This document shows, in pieces, positions 20,485 through 29,334 of a stretch of 64,000 bases of DNA. The translations under genes and the position numbers were made by a program. A model generated the notes under the pieces. The model was given only the letters and a program-made list of their open reading frames with translations. It was not told the DNA's origin and searched no databases. How positions within the stretch are numbered: position 1 is the first letter of the stretch; each line of letters begins with the position of its first letter. Source of the stretch: Parcubacteria group bacterium Gr01-1014_31 (GTDB taxonomy: Bacteria; Patescibacteriota; Patescibacteriia; Buchananbacterales; GWA2-38-13); the NCBI GenBank assembly GCA_007376135.1, contig VMFR01000002.1:156870-220869 (forward strand). Reading direction: 5' to 3'.

Positions 20485-21477
20485 TTAGGAATGTGGTATC
20501 ACCGGAACCGTCACCGAGGTTGCCGTTGTTGCCGTTACTGACTGCGGCTGCTCGGTCGTCAGGCGGTGGAACACGTCTTCTAGGCTGACGGCGGAAACCT
20601 TTAGTTCCAGGAGCGGCCAATGATGCTGGACGCAGAGGTCAAAGAGGTCGCGCCGCACGTCGCGGGTTTTTTCCGCTTCCAGGGTAAGGGCGGTTTCCCC
20701 GGCGGCCGGGGCGACCCGCAGTTCCAGGCTCGCTACCCCCGGCAGCTGCCGCAGGGCCGCGCCGACCGCGTCCTCGGGGCCGGCGATGACTGCCTCCACG
20801 CGCTGGCGGCCGGCGGCCTGGGTGGTCAATTCGGCCGTGGTCCCCTGCCCGACGATCTGCCCGCGGTTGATGATGAGCACGCGCGTGCAGCTGGCTTGCA
20901 CCTCCTGGAGGATGTGGGTGGACAGGATAACGGTCCTGGTTTTGCCGATGTCGCGGATGAGGTGGCGGATCTCCACGATCTGGTTGGGGTCCAGTCCCGA
21001 GGTCGGCTCGTCCAGCACGATGAGTTCGGGATTGCCCAGCAGCGCGGCCGCCAAGCCGACGCGCTGGCGCAAACCTTTTGACAGCGTACCGATGCCCTGG
21101 CCAACGCGTTCGCGCAGCCCGCAGCCCGCAACCACTTTGCGGATCTCTTGGTCGGGTTGTGCCACCTGTTTGGCGACGGCGGCGAAGCGCAGGTATTCAA
21201 AGACCCGCAGCTCGGGGTACAGCGGATTGTTCTCCGGCAGGTAGCCGATCTTTTTCCGCACGTCCACCGATTGGTCGAGCAGGTCGCGTCCGTCCACGAG
21301 CACCTGGCCGCTGGTTGGGGACAGAAATCCGGTGATAACGCGCATGGTCGTGGTTTTCCCGGCGCCGTTGGGTCCTAGGAACCCCAAAATTTCGCCTTTT
21401 GCGACGCGGAAATTCAGACCGTTCAGCACCGCGGTTGAGCCGAAATTCTTGCGTAGGTTTTTGACCTCAATATCCAC
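20485..21477 (-). CDS. ABC transporter ATP-binding protein (GldA-like)
   Basis: Walker A GPNGAGKTT, signature LSKGLRQRV and Walker B LIVLDEPTSGLD. Confidence 0.9.
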   Translation of the reverse strand: MDIEVKNLRKNFGSTAVLNGLNFRVAKGEILGFLGPNGAGKTTTMRVITGFLSPTSGQVLVDGRDLLDQSVDVRKKIGYLPENNPLYPELRVFEYLRFAAVAKQVAQPDQEIRKVVAGCGLRERVGQGIGTLSKGLRQRVGLAAALLGNPELIVLDEPTSGLDPNQIVEIRHLIRDIGKTRTVILSTHILQEVQASCTRVLIINRGQIVGQGTTAELTTQAAGRQRVEAVIAGPEDAVGAALRQLPGVASLELRVAPAAGETALTLEAEKTRDVRRDLFDLCVQHHWPLLELKVSAVSLEDVFHRLTTEQPQSVTATTATSVTVPVIPHS

Positions 21478-21593
21478 AACGGAAGTGTAAAGCGTAAAGT
21501 GGAAAATGCAAAATTATGGAGTCCCGCCAGAGGCGGGACAAAAGATCTTTTCCTAAGTTTTTCGTTTTACGTTTTGCATTTTACGTTTTAACC

Positions 21594-22859
21594 TTAGCGG
21601 CTGCCGAGGGTAACGGTCAATGTTTGTTCCTTACCTTGGCGCAGGATTGTTACTTTCACCGCGTCGCCGACCTTGTGTTTGGCGATGAGCCCGGAGAGTG
21701 TTGCCGACGGTTCCTCAATTTTTACGCCATCTACTTCCAGGATGATATCGTTCTCTTTGATGCCGGCGACGTCCGCCGGGGAGCCAGGGACCACGGCCAG
21801 GTCCTCGGCCGCCTCCCCCCGCAGCACCAGCGCGCCATAGTCCACGGGCAGCTGGCTTTTTTCCTTCACCGCCGCGGTGATGGGCAGATAGCGCACCCCC
21901 AGGAACGGCCGCTGGATCTTGCCCGTGGTTTTGACCTGGTCGTACACTTCGCGCACAGCGTTGGCGGGCAGCGCGAAGCCGATGCTCTGGGCGTCGGCCA
22001 TGGCGACGTTGACGCCGATGACCTGGCCGGCGATGTTGAGCAGCGGTCCGCCGGAGTTGCCGGGATTGATGGCCGCATCCGACTGGATGATGTCGTCGAG
22101 CTGTTCGCTGCGCGTGCCGCCGCCTCCGGCGCGGATGGAGCGTTTCAGGCCGGAGACGACCCCCTTGCTGACGGTGTTATCGAATTCGCCCAGTGCGTAG
22201 CCGATGGCAATAGCGGTTTGCCCGACCTGCAGCTGGTCGGAGTCGCCGAACGTCAGATATGGCAGACCGGTCTTTTCGATCTTCAGGATGGCGATGTCGT
22301 TGGCCGTATCTTTGGCCAGTACCTTGGCGATGACCTTTTCTCCGCGGTGGGCATCGTCATTGAGGATGACGGTGTACTCGGCGTCCTCATCCTCCACGAC
22401 GTGGCGGTTGGTCACGAGGTACCCGTCGGCGGACACCAAGAATCCGGTCCCGGCCCCGACCCGTTCGCGGCGGGTGCCGCGCTGGCAATAGCCGGGGATG
22501 CGGAAATCCACGCCGAAATCTTGCAGGAATTCGTCTTGAAACGGGCGCCGGTAGCAGAGCTCGATATTGGGAACGTCAGCCGCCGCGACGATGCTGACCA
22601 CCGCGGGACTGGCGCGCTTGACCACGTCAATGACCTGCGATTCCTCACTGACGACCTGGATGGCCTGGCCGCTCCCGGCCGGCACGATGCCGGCGGCCGG
22701 TGCGCGCCAGAGATTGCGCAAGGTTTGCCAGGTGCTGGCGAACGCTCCATCGGCCGGTTTGGCTTGGCTGGCGACGCGCAGGCCGAGGCTGAACCCCAGG
22801 AAAAGGAACAGCGCGACGACCAGGAGGCGCAGGGAATTTTTTGTGGCTGAGGCGACCAT
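21594..22859 (-). CDS. htrA: HtrA/DegP-family serine protease with PDZ domain
   Basis: Catalytic motifs (TNRHVV, DIAILK, GNSGGPL) and a C-terminal PDZ segment. Confidence 0.9.
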   Translation of the reverse strand: MVASATKNSLRLLVVALFLFLGFSLGLRVASQAKPADGAFASTWQTLRNLWRAPAAGIVPAGSGQAIQVVSEESQVIDVVKRASPAVVSIVAAADVPNIELCYRRPFQDEFLQDFGVDFRIPGYCQRGTRRERVGAGTGFLVSADGYLVTNRHVVEDEDAEYTVILNDDAHRGEKVIAKVLAKDTANDIAILKIEKTGLPYLTFGDSDQLQVGQTAIAIGYALGEFDNTVSKGVVSGLKRSIRAGGGGTRSEQLDDIIQSDAAINPGNSGGPLLNIAGQVIGVNVAMADAQSIGFALPANAVREVYDQVKTTGKIQRPFLGVRYLPITAAVKEKSQLPVDYGALVLRGEAAEDLAVVPGSPADVAGIKENDIILEVDGVKIEEPSATLSGLIAKHKVGDAVKVTILRQGKEQTLTVTLGSR

Positions 22860-22872
22860 ACCGATAAAAAGG

Positions 22873-23292
22873 TTAGCGGTTCGTTCGTAAAACGTAGGGC
22901 GCCGCGTCCCACAGCTCCAGCGTCTGGCCTTCGGCCATGTCCACGCGGTAGACCCGCACGCCGTTGGGTTGCTGGTGGGAGTAGCGTAAGCGGCCGCTGT
23001 TCGTGAGCTGCTGCAGCGACGCGGGGTTCACTACGGTCGCGCGAGATGCCGTCGGCGCGGGACCCTCACGGCTTACCCCAAGGGCAGCGAAAAAACCGAC
23101 CGCCAGCGCGCCGCTGGCCAGCGGCAGCAGTCGGCGCAACGTTCGCAGCCATGCGGTCGCGCGCGGTTGCGTGTAGTAGGGTGAATTCAATAGCGCGCGG
23201 CGCAGTTGCTGGGTGAACGCGGGGTCAGGGCTGTGCGGCGGAACTGTTTGCCGCAGCCGGCGTTCGAGCGATCGCTGGTCGGGAAGTTCCAT
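22873..23292 (-). CDS. Putative membrane-anchored anti-sigma factor
   Basis: Single TM helix (LLPLASGALAVGFFAALGV) immediately downstream of an ECF sigma factor. It overlaps the 3' end of the sigma gene by about 68 bp, so its start is uncertain. Confidence 0.4.
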   Translation of the reverse strand: MELPDQRSLERRLRQTVPPHSPDPAFTQQLRRALLNSPYYTQPRATAWLRTLRRLLPLASGALAVGFFAALGVSREGPAPTASRATVVNPASLQQLTNSGRLRYSHQQPNGVRVYRVDMAEGQTLELWDAAPYVLRTNR

Positions 23293-23818
23293 AGGGGTTG
23301 TCCTCAAGCAGGGTTTTGAGTTTGTGCAAGGCGCGGTGGAGGTGGGATTTAACGGTGTTGACCGGCAGGCTCACGGTGGCGGCGATCTCCCGCAGCGAGA
23401 GGTCTTGAAAATAGCGGAGGGTGATGATGTGCTGCTGGATGAGCGAGAGCTGCCGCAGCGCACCCTGCACGGCGGGGTAGTCGGCGGAGAGCGGCAAGGC
23501 GGGAACTTTCAGGTCGGGCAGCTGTTCGGCCAACTCCAGCGCGACAGAATGTTCATGGCGGTAGTGGCTTCCCAGCTGCGCAATGGCGATACGGTACAGC
23601 CACGCCGAGAACGGTTTGCCCGTCCACCGGTAGCGCCACAATCCTTTGAGCGCCGCCAGGAATGTTTCGGCGGTCAGGTCCTGCGCCAGGGGCACGCTGC
23701 CGGTGCGCGACAGCAGGTAGCGGTAGATACGGTCAACGTAGCGGTCGTACAGGACGCCGAAAGCCTCGGGGTCGCGTTTGGCCTTCGCGACCAGTGTTGC
23801 TTCTTCATTTGGGTGCAT
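23225..23818 (-). CDS. RNA polymerase ECF-type sigma-70 factor
   Basis: Region 2 (YDRYVDRIYRYLL) and region 4 HTH (LSLREIAATVSLPVNTVKSHLHRA). Start at MHPNEE. Confidence 0.8.
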   Translation of the reverse strand: MHPNEEATLVAKAKRDPEAFGVLYDRYVDRIYRYLLSRTGSVPLAQDLTAETFLAALKGLWRYRWTGKPFSAWLYRIAIAQLGSHYRHEHSVALELAEQLPDLKVPALPLSADYPAVQGALRQLSLIQQHIITLRYFQDLSLREIAATVSLPVNTVKSHLHRALHKLKTLLEDNPYGTSRPAIARTPAAANSSAAQP

Positions 23819-24055
23819 GCTCCTATCCATACATAGCAATTGTACGGAGGGGAGTTGCAGCTGGTCAATGCGGCGGTGACGTTGACAGTCTGCGGATTTT
23901 ATGGAATGATGAGTGAACATTTTTCCCGCTTGAAGTTGTTCCGCTGACCCTGCTATAGTGCAGGCGTTCCCGTTTTTCCGGCAGTGGCTGTGGTGGTGTG
24001 TCCTCTTCGAATGACGGGACGATTCCCTCTTTGTTATTTTTTTGCATCCTTTGGT

Positions 24056-24113
24056 GGGCGCGTAGCTCAGTTGGTTATCCCGCCCCACGGCGGGACAGGG
24101 AGCGCGTCACTGA
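24056..24113 (+). pseudogene. 5' portion (tRNA positions 1-35) of an interrupted second tRNA-Ile copy, with a 20-22-nt GC hairpin inserted in the D-loop
   Basis: gggcgcgtagctcagttggtta + [tcccgccccacggcgggacagg] + gagcgcgtcactga. With the insert removed it is identical to positions 1-35 of the intact tRNA-Ile 70 bp downstream. Confidence 0.7.
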
Positions 24114-24182
24114 CCCGCCTGCCGGAGTACGGAGTCTTTAATAATGTAATATCTATTCCCCATTCCATCGTTTGTTGCTGTT

Positions 24183-24259
24183 GGGCGCGTAGCTCAGTTG
24201 GTTAGAGCGCGTCACTGATAATGACGAGGTCCCTGGTTCGACTCCAGGCGCGCCCACCA
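24183..24259 (+). tRNA. tRNA-Ile (anticodon GAT), CCA encoded
   Basis: Cloverleaf gggcgcg/cgcgccc acceptor, anticodon loop cTGATaa, T-loop ttcgact, discriminator A + CCA. Confidence 0.85.
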
Positions 24260-24296
24260 GCAGCACGTGATGGGGTGACTCCGTACGGCGGGCAGG

Positions 24297-24359
24297 TAAT
24301 GACGAGGTCCCTGGTTTTTACCCCGTCGAATGGCGGGGCGACTCCAGGCGCGCCCACCA
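24297..24359 (+). pseudogene. 3' portion (positions 36-76) of the interrupted tRNA-Ile copy, with a 22-nt GC hairpin inserted in the T-loop
   Basis: taatgacgaggtccctggtt + [tttaccccgtcgaatggcgggg] + cgactccaggcgcgcccacca. Identical to the intact gene once the insert is removed. Confidence 0.7.
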
Positions 24360-24401
24360 AAGGATGCAAGTTTTCGAGTTCGTCCTTGTCCTACAATTAT
24401 T

Positions 24402-24476
24402 GCCGAGGTAGCTCAGTGGTAGAGCGCAGGCCTGAAGAGCCTGGCGTCGTCAGTTCGATTCTGACCCTCGGCACCA
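24402..24476 (+). tRNA. tRNA-Phe (anticodon GAA), CCA encoded
   Basis: gccgagg/cctcggc acceptor, anticodon loop cTGAAga, T-loop ttcgatt. Confidence 0.85.
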
Positions 24477-24480
24477 CCAG

Positions 24481-24515
24481 AGTCCGACCCCTTGCCGGGG
24501 TCGGCTTTGTTTTAT
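24481..24515 (+). terminator. Rho-independent terminator after the tRNA pair
   Basis: agtccgaccccttgccggggtcggctttgtttta. Confidence 0.55.
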
Positions 24516-24646
24516 GGGAGTGGTTTTTGTATCGGGTTGACAGTTATGTAAAAATATGGTAGAAATAACAGAATGTTCCTTGACCCTTTTCCATCAACCA
24601 TGCGGCCCGCAACGGCCGTAATCCCTCTGTCTAAAAGGAGGACACC

Positions 24647-25792
24647 ATGCAAGGGATCAGTCTCGCCTACCTGATGGCGTGCGTGCGGGCGTTGTGGGGC
24701 GCCAATTCCAATCTCCTCAATACGGCGGTACGGCGTACCGTGACGACCGTGTCCTACGGTAAGGAAGACACACTGGCGTTGGACGCCATCGCCGAGGAGG
24801 AGATCGCCGAATCGCTCACGCGGTTCGACCACAGCGCGACGCTGGTGACCGAGGAGGCGGGTAAACTCGCGTCCGGCGACGGCAACCACCAGCACGGGGC
24901 GCAATTCTTCAGCGATCCGGTGGATGGCAGCAAGCAGCTGCAACAGTTCCTGATGCGGTCGAAGTTCGACCCGCAGGCGCGCGTGGCCGATCTCATCTAT
25001 GCCTCGTCGGCGGTCGCCGACTGGGAGAAGATGCATGGCGCGCCGGCCAGCGTGACCGGCGCCTGTAGCGCCATTACGATGGTGCGCGACGGTGTACCGG
25101 TCTTTTCGGCCATTCTCAACTTCATCAGCCAGGAGCTGGTTGTGGCGTGCCGCGACGGTATCGTGCGGATCTCGCTGCCGCACATCAAGGACGGCTTGCC
25201 CGAGCCGTTGACTCCCGCGTGGCTGTTTGGCAACGGTACGCCGCTGTCGTTCGACTGGGCGCCAGCCCAGGAGAAGGATTGGAGCCGGCCGTTCGTCACC
25301 TACCTGCCGAACGACGAGACGTATCGCAGTAACTTCCAGGGCTGCCGCATCTTCGGCGATGACGAGAAGCGGGTCGCTTCGCTGGTCGGCAAGTCCACCA
25401 CCGGTCCCGCGCGGCCGCTCTATCTGTCGGATCTGCATCGCCAGCCCCGCGTCAAGTTCGTCGCCGCCAACGGCGAAAAGATCGGGGAGTGGATCCACTG
25501 GCTGCCGTTCATCCGTTTCGCCAAGCGCGGGGACGAGCCGCTGCTGCGGCTGTACGAAGTGGTGCCCGAGCGCCCGGTGGTCAAGGGTGGCATCCTGATG
25601 AGTCCGCCGCCGGAGTATAGTATCTTCCAGCAGGTCGCTCACGGCGTGTTCCTCATCAACTGCCGCCGCCTCCGCGCGTTCCCTAACCCCTCGCTCTTCC
25701 GCTCCACACTCGTACTGCTGCCGTCGGACAACGTCCACATCCGCAGCATCATGAAGTCCAACCGCCACCGGCGCATCCAGCTCCCCTCCTAG
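24647..25792 (+). CDS. Inositol-monophosphatase/FBPase-superfamily-like protein with a long C-terminal extension
   Basis: DPVDGS metal-binding motif and an upstream EE...TEE segment. The C-terminal ~150 aa have no recognizable motif. Confidence 0.5.
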   Translation: MQGISLAYLMACVRALWGANSNLLNTAVRRTVTTVSYGKEDTLALDAIAEEEIAESLTRFDHSATLVTEEAGKLASGDGNHQHGAQFFSDPVDGSKQLQQFLMRSKFDPQARVADLIYASSAVADWEKMHGAPASVTGACSAITMVRDGVPVFSAILNFISQELVVACRDGIVRISLPHIKDGLPEPLTPAWLFGNGTPLSFDWAPAQEKDWSRPFVTYLPNDETYRSNFQGCRIFGDDEKRVASLVGKSTTGPARPLYLSDLHRQPRVKFVAANGEKIGEWIHWLPFIRFAKRGDEPLLRLYEVVPERPVVKGGILMSPPPEYSIFQQVAHGVFLINCRRLRAFPNPSLFRSTLVLLPSDNVHIRSIMKSNRHRRIQLPS

Positions 25793-25913
25793 GCGCGTCC
25801 GGTGTACCCTCGCCCGCTGCTTTTCCCAAGGCAGCGGGTTTTTTTGCTGCCGCCATCCGGCCGGTGGTATACTAAGGAAGGAACCGAAAACTTATACACT
25901 TTATCTATAACGT

Positions 25914-26591
25914 ATGGTGGAGGGGTTTTTCCGTGCGTTCCAGATCACTGCCCAGGCTGTGTGGGCGGACCTGGTTGCCAACTCTCCGCAGATCCTGGGG
26001 GCGTTGGCGGTCTTATTCTTCGGCACGTTGCTGGCGGCGACGCTGGGGTTGATCGCGTCGCGGTTCGTACGCGCGTTGCGCGTGGATCAGCTTGCCAGCC
26101 AGTTCAAGGTGAACGCCGTGATGGGCAAAGCCGGCATCAAGGATTTTTCCGTCAGCCGGCTGGTCGGATGGGTGGTCAAGTGGTTCTTCGTCGTGGTGGT
26201 GTTCCTGACCGCCGCGGATCTGCTGGGTTGGACGCAGCTGACCGAATTTTTGACGAACGTCGCCATGTACTTGCCCAAGGTACTGGTCGCCGTGCTCATC
26301 CTGTTGGCCGGCACGGTGTTGGCGAACTTCATCAGCCAGGTCGTGCGCCAAGGCGTGACGGCATCTAAGCTGGGCAACGCCGGCGTGCTGTCGGCGTTCA
26401 CCAAGTGGCTGATCATCGTGTTCACGGTGATGGCGGCGCTGGTGCAACTGGAGATCGCCAAAGAGCTGACGCAGATCCTGTTCACCGGGCTGGTGGGGAT
26501 GATCTCGCTGGCTGGAGGTCTCGCGTTCGGCCTGGGCGGCAGGGATGCTGCGAAAGATTTTCTGGACAAATTGCGTCGCGATACGCACTAG
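25914..26591 (+). CDS. Hypothetical polytopic membrane protein (conserved TM-helix repeat type)
   Basis: Four or five hydrophobic helices; no catalytic motif. Confidence 0.5.
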   Translation: MVEGFFRAFQITAQAVWADLVANSPQILGALAVLFFGTLLAATLGLIASRFVRALRVDQLASQFKVNAVMGKAGIKDFSVSRLVGWVVKWFFVVVVFLTAADLLGWTQLTEFLTNVAMYLPKVLVAVLILLAGTVLANFISQVVRQGVTASKLGNAGVLSAFTKWLIIVFTVMAALVQLEIAKELTQILFTGLVGMISLAGGLAFGLGGRDAAKDFLDKLRRDTH

Positions 26592-26708
26592 TTCGGACGT
26601 CCCTACTGCGATGAACACCGCGCCCCGCGAATGCGGGGCGCGGTTCGTTGCGGCACGATTGACGTACGCGATTATTGTGCGCTAGGGTGCAGACAGTCAT
26701 GCGACCGG

Positions 26709-26781
26709 CGGGGATTAGCGCAGTTGGTAGCGCGCTTGGTTTGGGACCAAGAGGTCGCGGGTTCGAATCCCGCATCCCCGA
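26709..26781 (+). tRNA. tRNA-Pro (anticodon TGG), CCA not encoded
   Basis: Acceptor cggggat/atccccg, D-stem gcgc, anticodon arm cttgg-tTTGGga-ccaag, T-arm gcggg-ttcgaat-cccgc. Confidence 0.75.
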
Positions 26782-26798
26782 TTTCAAATTTTTCGTTT

Positions 26799-26875
26799 CG
26801 TGGGTTTCCCGCCACCGTAATGTAATTTATTACGAGGGCGGGACCTCCCGCCAACGGCGGGATGGCAAATCCCAC
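26799..26875 (+). repeat. Copy A of a ~80-bp hairpin repeat (gggtttcccgcc / AT-rich core / ggcgggacc / cccgccaacggcggg)
   Basis: Homologous block-for-block to 36296-36360. Shares the cccgccNNNNggcggg hairpin and the taatgtaat core with the tRNA-Ile locus (24078-24160). Confidence 0.65.
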
Positions 26876-26949
26876 CAGCCCGATTTTTTCTCCCGCATGT
26901 CCCGAGTGGTTTTTCACCGAGCTTCTCCGTTGGCTACTGAAGTGTTGCT

Positions 26950-28956
26950 ATGATTGCAGCGCTTTTCTTTTTTTTACTGCAGCTGGGTGCAGGCTGGGCC
27001 TGTCTGCCGCTGTTGGACCCGACGCGGCGCTGGTCGCTGCCGGTGCGGGCGGTCGCCGGTAGCGTCGTCGGGCTGGTAGTTTCCGGGTATGCGGTTTTGT
27101 TGGCCGCCCTGCTGACGCGTTCATTGTCTTTCGGGATCCTCGCCTTCTCCATTTTGGCCGCCGTGGCGGTCATTTGGCGCTGGCGCTGTGATCCTCCGGT
27201 GAAGGAAAAAGTTTTCGGGGCGTTCGCAGGGATCTCGCGCGCGCCGGCCGCATGGGCGGTGGCCGGTATTGCGGGGCTGGTGAGCCTGCTGGGATTGCAG
27301 GTGTTGCTGCCGGATAAGGTGTTCGTGCGGGCGATCTTCGTCGGCTGGGGGGATGCGGCATACCACTTGAGCATCATCCAGCGGTTCGCCGTGGCGCAGC
27401 CGTTCACGCTGGAGCATCCCGTGTTTTCCGGGCACACCCTCACCTACCCGTTCTTGGTGGATTTTTTGTCGGCGTTGTACCGGCGGCTGGGGGCATCGGC
27501 GCTGTTCTCCTACCACCTGCCCGTCGTTGCCCTGGCGGTCGCCGGGGTCGCGTTGCTTTTCTCCTGGTATCGCACGCTGCGGATCCGCCATGGTCTGGCC
27601 GTGGTGCTCCTGGCGGTGGCGTTGTTCGGTGCGGGTCTGGGGTGGCTGTGGTTGGGTCGCGATTTTTCCGCAGCATGGCAAACCGGAGGCACCGTTGGGA
27701 TTTCGGAAACATTGCGTGATCTGCCGCATGAGTACACCCACCTGGACCGGCGTACCAGCGGACTGCGCGCAGGCACGGAGAGCGACGCGAATATCGTGTG
27801 GATGGTGCCGGTCCTGTCATTCCTTACCCATCAGCGCGGGTTTGCCCTGGGCCTGGCTCTCGGGATGGTTGTGCTCTACGCGCTGGCGATGCGCGCGACG
27901 GCACCCTGGGTAGTTGGAGTGCTGGCGGGTTTGCTGCCTCTGGCGCACGGGCACACTTTTTTCGCGCTCGGGCTGGTCGGCGCGGCGTGGTTTTTGGTCG
28001 GCTGGCCGAACCGGCGATTCTGGCTGCGCGCGGCGCTGCCGGCGGCTATCATCGCGCTGCCGGCGCTCTTGTATCTGCGCGCCGGTCTATCCGGCAGCGG
28101 CGGCGGAACCGCGATGCGCTGGTGGTTGGGGTGGATGACCTGTACCCATGAGCGGCATTGGCTGCTGTGCGACCAGCCTGTCCCGGCGGGCGCCGACACT
28201 TCGGTGCTGTGGTTTTGGCTGAAGAATTTCGGCGGAGTTCTGGTCGCTTGGGCGGCCGTGCTGCTTGTTGCCGTTTCGCGTTGGCGGAAACGGGAGCGAA
28301 CAAGTCTATCGGCAGTCCCATTACTGCTGCCCTCCGTGCTGCTGTTCGCGGTTCCCAACCTGGCGAGGCTGCAGCCCTGGGAGTTTGATAATAATAAGGT
28401 GCTGTTCTGGTGGTGGCTGTTTGCCATCGGCGCCATCGGCCAGTACCTCATGCTGCTGCCGCGGCCGTCCTTTCGGCGGTGGACGGCAGTCGCCCTGGCG
28501 GCGGTCGCGCTGCCGGCGGGGGTTACCGACGTTGCGTCGCGCCTGGGGCATTGGTCCACGTATCACTCCGGGTACGTGCAAGCGGCTGACCGCACGGCCG
28601 CCGACTGGATCATAGAACATTCCGTTCCTAATGCGGTCATTGCCGCCGCGCCCAGCGCCCACAGTTTTGTGCCGTTGCTGACGGGCCGGCCGTTGGCGCT
28701 TGGGTATGAAGGCTGGCTCTGGAGCCAGGGGGTCAACCTTGCGCCGCGCGTGGCGGCGATCTCCGCGCTCGCACGCGGAGAGATCGCCCCGGCCTGTCGC
28801 GAAGGTGTGCAGTTCGTCGTCGCGGATGCCGATTTCTTTCAACGGTTCGGGGGCGACAGCGCGGCGCTGGCGGGGGTAACGGAACTGCGCTGGCAGCAGG
28901 AAACGCCGCGCGGACCACGCCGCATCTACGCGCTCCCCTGTACTCCGCAGCCTTGA
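26950..28956 (+). CDS. Large polytopic integral membrane protein (668 aa, function unknown; possibly a glycosyl/arabinosyl-transferase-like membrane enzyme)
   Basis: More than 12 predicted TM helices plus a C-terminal soluble domain. No recognizable motif. Confidence 0.5.
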   Translation: MIAALFFFLLQLGAGWACLPLLDPTRRWSLPVRAVAGSVVGLVVSGYAVLLAALLTRSLSFGILAFSILAAVAVIWRWRCDPPVKEKVFGAFAGISRAPAAWAVAGIAGLVSLLGLQVLLPDKVFVRAIFVGWGDAAYHLSIIQRFAVAQPFTLEHPVFSGHTLTYPFLVDFLSALYRRLGASALFSYHLPVVALAVAGVALLFSWYRTLRIRHGLAVVLLAVALFGAGLGWLWLGRDFSAAWQTGGTVGISETLRDLPHEYTHLDRRTSGLRAGTESDANIVWMVPVLSFLTHQRGFALGLALGMVVLYALAMRATAPWVVGVLAGLLPLAHGHTFFALGLVGAAWFLVGWPNRRFWLRAALPAAIIALPALLYLRAGLSGSGGGTAMRWWLGWMTCTHERHWLLCDQPVPAGADTSVLWFWLKNFGGVLVAWAAVLLVAVSRWRKRERTSLSAVPLLLPSVLLFAVPNLARLQPWEFDNNKVLFWWWLFAIGAIGQYLMLLPRPSFRRWTAVALAAVALPAGVTDVASRLGHWSTYHSGYVQAADRTAADWIIEHSVPNAVIAAAPSAHSFVPLLTGRPLALGYEGWLWSQGVNLAPRVAAISALARGEIAPACREGVQFVVADADFFQRFGGDSAALAGVTELRWQQETPRGPRRIYALPCTPQP

Positions 28957-29025
28957 TATCCGGGGTCGTTCAGGAATGGTATACTAGGGGAAAGGTCGGA
29001 GGGTCTCAATTTTGTCCCTATCTAT

Positions 29026-29235
29026 ATGGAAAATCAACCAATGCACAGCAATTCATGTTCCTGCCCGCACCACAAGGTGGTGCCGTTGGCGGTAGCCTTG
29101 ATCGGGGCGCTGTTCTTCCTGCAGAACATTGGCGTGCTGGGGAGCGGCATCGTGAACGTGTTGTGGCCGCTGGCGCTGCTCGCCGCCGGTCTGACCAAGG
29201 CGTTCGGGAGCAGTTGCAAGTGCTGCGTGAAGTAG
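29026..29235 (+). CDS. Small membrane protein (69 aa) with C-terminal Cys cluster
   Basis: Two TM-like segments; followed by a terminator hairpin (ggccgccccggtggggcgg). Confidence 0.4.
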   Translation: MENQPMHSNSCSCPHHKVVPLAVALIGALFFLQNIGVLGSGIVNVLWPLALLAAGLTKAFGSSCKCCVK

Positions 29236-29334
29236 CTTACAGGGAAGGCCGCCCCGGTGGGGCGGTTTTCTGTTACCTCTTGTTCCGCGGTTCGTTCAAT
29301 GGTAGGGTTAGGGGTGCTCTAACTCTTTATTTCC

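Noticed and set aside
24056-24359. Interpretation of the tRNA-Ile inserts as archaeal-type bulge-helix-bulge introns
   Set aside because: Bacteria lack the splicing endonuclease and known bacterial tRNA introns are group I (over 200 nt). The 20-nt GC hairpins look more like insertion-element ends. It is kept as an alternative hypothesis in the finding but not called as an intron feature.
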